From positions 1 to 64,000 of the forward strand of contig CAVPSB010000019.1 in assembly GCA_963708025.1 (NCBI GenBank): a stretch of 64,000 bases of DNA, written 5' to 3'. The notes under the pieces are model-generated. The model made no database searches and was not told the origin of the DNA. It saw only the letters and a program-made list of their open reading frames with translations. The translations under genes were made by a program, and so were the position numbers. Positions 60,891 through 64,000 of this stretch are shown piece after piece; within the stretch, counting starts at the first letter, position 1, and the number at the start of each line of letters is the position of its first letter. The DNA comes from an uncultured Candidatus Rokubacteria bacterium (lineage in GTDB: Bacteria > Methylomirabilota > Methylomirabilia > Rokubacteriales > DASRDR01).

Positions 60891-61658
60891 TCACCCGCCG
60901 GTCCGGAGCTGCTCGCGGAAGAGCACGGCGAGGGTCAGGCTGACCGAGTCGATGGTGGCATGGGCCAGGATCGCTGGCCAGAGGGTCCCCGCTCGCACGA
61001 CCACCAGGCCCAGCGCGAGGCCGATCGCCGCCGTCTGGGCCACGCCGGCGAGTCCCTGCTGGTAGTGCGCGGCGCCGAAGATCACGCTGCTCACCGCGAC
61101 CGGGGCCAGGCTGCCGCGGGACAGGGCCATGAGCCGCGAGAGCAGGAAGCCGCGGATGAAGACCTCCTCGTACAGGCCGACGAAGAGTGACATCGGGATC
61201 ACCAGCCCCAGAGGGATGGTGCCGACGGCCTGGAGCAGCTGCTGCTTCTGCCGGGCCAGCCCCTCGAGGTCCCCGCCGGTGACGGCGACGACCAGGATCG
61301 AGCTCACGATGCCGAACAGATAGCACAGCAGCACCGCGCCCCCGGCGGCCAGGGCGACGCGCCCGACCGGCGCCCGCCCCAGCCCGATGCTGGCCAGGGT
61401 CTGACCGCGGCGCCGCAGCAGGAGAAGGACGGCCGCCAGGATCAGGAGGCCACTGGCCACTGGCCACAGATACCACCCGCCGGGGACGCTCGCGCGCCGC
61501 CCGCGCAACAGCGGGGCGAGCACGAAAGGCAGCGCCAGCAGGGCGGCCAGCACCAGGATCGCGAGGGCGGCGTCGGCGGCGGCGGCCGCCCGGTCCATCG
61601 GCACCCGGGGAAAGCCGGCCTCGGCTGGCGAGTCGGCGCCGGGGGCGGGGTCGTCCAT
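60891..61658 (-). CDS. CAAX prenyl protease-like (CPBP/Abi) membrane metalloprotease
   Basis: EEVFIRG, FGAAH, HATID. Confidence 0.85.
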   Translation of the reverse strand: MDDPAPGADSPAEAGFPRVPMDRAAAAADAALAILVLAALLALPFVLAPLLRGRRASVPGGWYLWPVASGLLILAAVLLLLRRRGQTLASIGLGRAPVGRVALAAGGAVLLCYLFGIVSSILVVAVTGGDLEGLARQKQQLLQAVGTIPLGLVIPMSLFVGLYEEVFIRGFLLSRLMALSRGSLAPVAVSSVIFGAAHYQQGLAGVAQTAAIGLALGLVVVRAGTLWPAILAHATIDSVSLTLAVLFREQLRTGG

Positions 61659-61688
61659 GGCCGCCATTATCGCCCGGCGCGCGGGAGC

Positions 61689-62777
<1,089 letters not shown>

Positions 62778-62788
62778 CTACTGGCCCA

Positions 62789-64000
62789 CTACTGGGCCAC
62801 GGCGCGCTCGCCGACGGGGGTGCCCCGCCCGAGCCGCGTCGCCAGCGCGATTGCCGCCGTGATGATGACCATGCTGAGTATCGCCAGCGCGGCGACCGGC
62901 TCCAGGTAGCCGGTCTCGTAGAGGTTGTAGACCGCCACCGCCAGCGTGATCGACTCCGAGCTGAACAGGAGGATCGACGCGGACAGCTCCTGGATGGCCG
63001 GCACGAACACCAGGAGCCAGCCGGCGAACAGGCCGGGGCGGGTGAGCGGCACCGTGATGCTCCGGAGCGTCTTGCCCCAGCCGGCGCCGGTGATGCGGGC
63101 CGTCTCCTCGAGCGAGGGGTCCACCTGGCGGAAGGCGGCGCTGGCGGCGCGGACCGCCAGCGGGATGTAGCGCCCGGTGTAGGCGAGCCCCAGGATCGCG
63201 AGCGTGCCGTAGAGCGGGACCGGCATTCGGAGCCAGAACTGGAGGAGGGCCACCGCCACCACGATCCCCGGCAGCCCGAGCGGCACCAGCGAGGCGTAGT
63301 CGAGCCACCGCCGGCCGGGCAGGTCGCTCCGCAGGTCGAGCCAGCCGATCAGCGTGCCGAGCCCGATGGTGACCGTGGCGGCGGCGGCGGCCAGGAGGAG
63401 GCTGTTGGCGATCGCCCGGCGGGTCACGTCGTACTCGAAGAGGATGAAGCGGTAGTGGCGGAGCGTGAGGTTCTGCCAGAAGTCGAGGCCCCACGACCGG
63501 CTCAGCGAGACGGCGAGCAGCGTGAGGTAGGGCGCGGCGACGGCCACCAGGAAGACCAGCCCGCAGAAGGCGAGGAGCCCGAAGCGGGCGGGGCCCAGCG
63601 CGATCAGGCGGGGCCGGGTGGCCTTGCCGCCCAGCGTCACGTAGGAGCGCCGGGCCAGGTAGCGGCGCTGGAGGGCCAGCGCGGCGACGGTGATGGCGAC
63701 GAAGACCAGCGACAGCGCCGAGGCGAGCCCGTACTGGGGCGGATAGTCGAAGAGGGCGTAGATCCGGGTCGGCAGCGTGAAGACCCGGCCGGGCAGGCCG
63801 ACGATGGCCTGGGAGCCGAAGAGCGCGATGGCGTTCACGAAGGCCAGGAGGGCGCCGGAGAGCACCGCCGGCGCCACCAGCGGCGTCGTGATGGCCCGGG
63901 CGGTGTGCCAGCGGCCCGAGCCGAGGATCTGGGCCGACTCCTCCATGGACGCGTCGACCGAGGCGAGGGCGCTGGTCGCCAGCAGGTAGACGAACGGGAA
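62789..64000 (-). CDS. Fe3+-type ABC fused permease (5' part outside the window)
   Basis: MEESAQILG and LEETARITGA loops. Confidence 0.85.
   Translation of the reverse strand, partial: FPFVYLLATSALASVDASMEESAQILGSGRWHTARAITTPLVAPAVLSGALLAFVNAIALFGSQAIVGLPGRVFTLPTRIYALFDYPPQYGLASALSLVFVAITVAALALQRRYLARRSYVTLGGKATRPRLIALGPARFGLLAFCGLVFLVAVAAPYLTLLAVSLSRSWGLDFWQNLTLRHYRFILFEYDVTRRAIANSLLLAAAAATVTIGLGTLIGWLDLRSDLPGRRWLDYASLVPLGLPGIVVAVALLQFWLRMPVPLYGTLAILGLAYTGRYIPLAVRAASAAFRQVDPSLEETARITGAGWGKTLRSITVPLTRPGLFAGWLLVFVPAIQELSASILLFSSESITLAVAVYNLYETGYLEPVAALAILSMVIITAAIALATRLGRGTPVGERAVAQ

Noticed and set aside
62778-62800. Near-duplicated 11-mer at the permease stop (also gatggatc x2 at about 9693)
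   Set aside because: Too short to separate from slippage or chance; no associated element.

Overview
Very GC-rich bacterial window. The style (many ABC/TRAP importers, CoA-dependent catabolic genes) suggests Ca. Rokubacteria/Methylomirabilota; this is an inference only. Content: Fe3+/2-aminoethylphosphonate-type, peptide (two sets) and branched-chain ABC importers; a TAXI-TRAP system; a thiolase-like/DUF35/paired acyl-CoA dehydrogenase/CoA-transferase catabolic cluster; amidohydrolases; two HtrA-like proteases with a LuxR regulator; a VapBC-type pair; a YVTN/FecR/TPR trio. There is also a lower-GC lipoprotein islet (6.9-11.9 kb) and a mosaic of gene fragments with an IS91/ISCR-like remnant (47.8-54.4 kb). 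Clustered single-base frameshifts look like long-read assembly errors. The most notable unexplained structure is a modular family of nested palindromic elements. Four copies of a ~126-nt core show compensatory changes in five stems, three of them sit at stop codons, one related module is inserted in frame in a peptidase, and a C-rich/G-rich sister family lies directly ahead of start codons. A near-identical promoter motif precedes two importer operons. No rRNA, tRNA or CRISPR array was seen.
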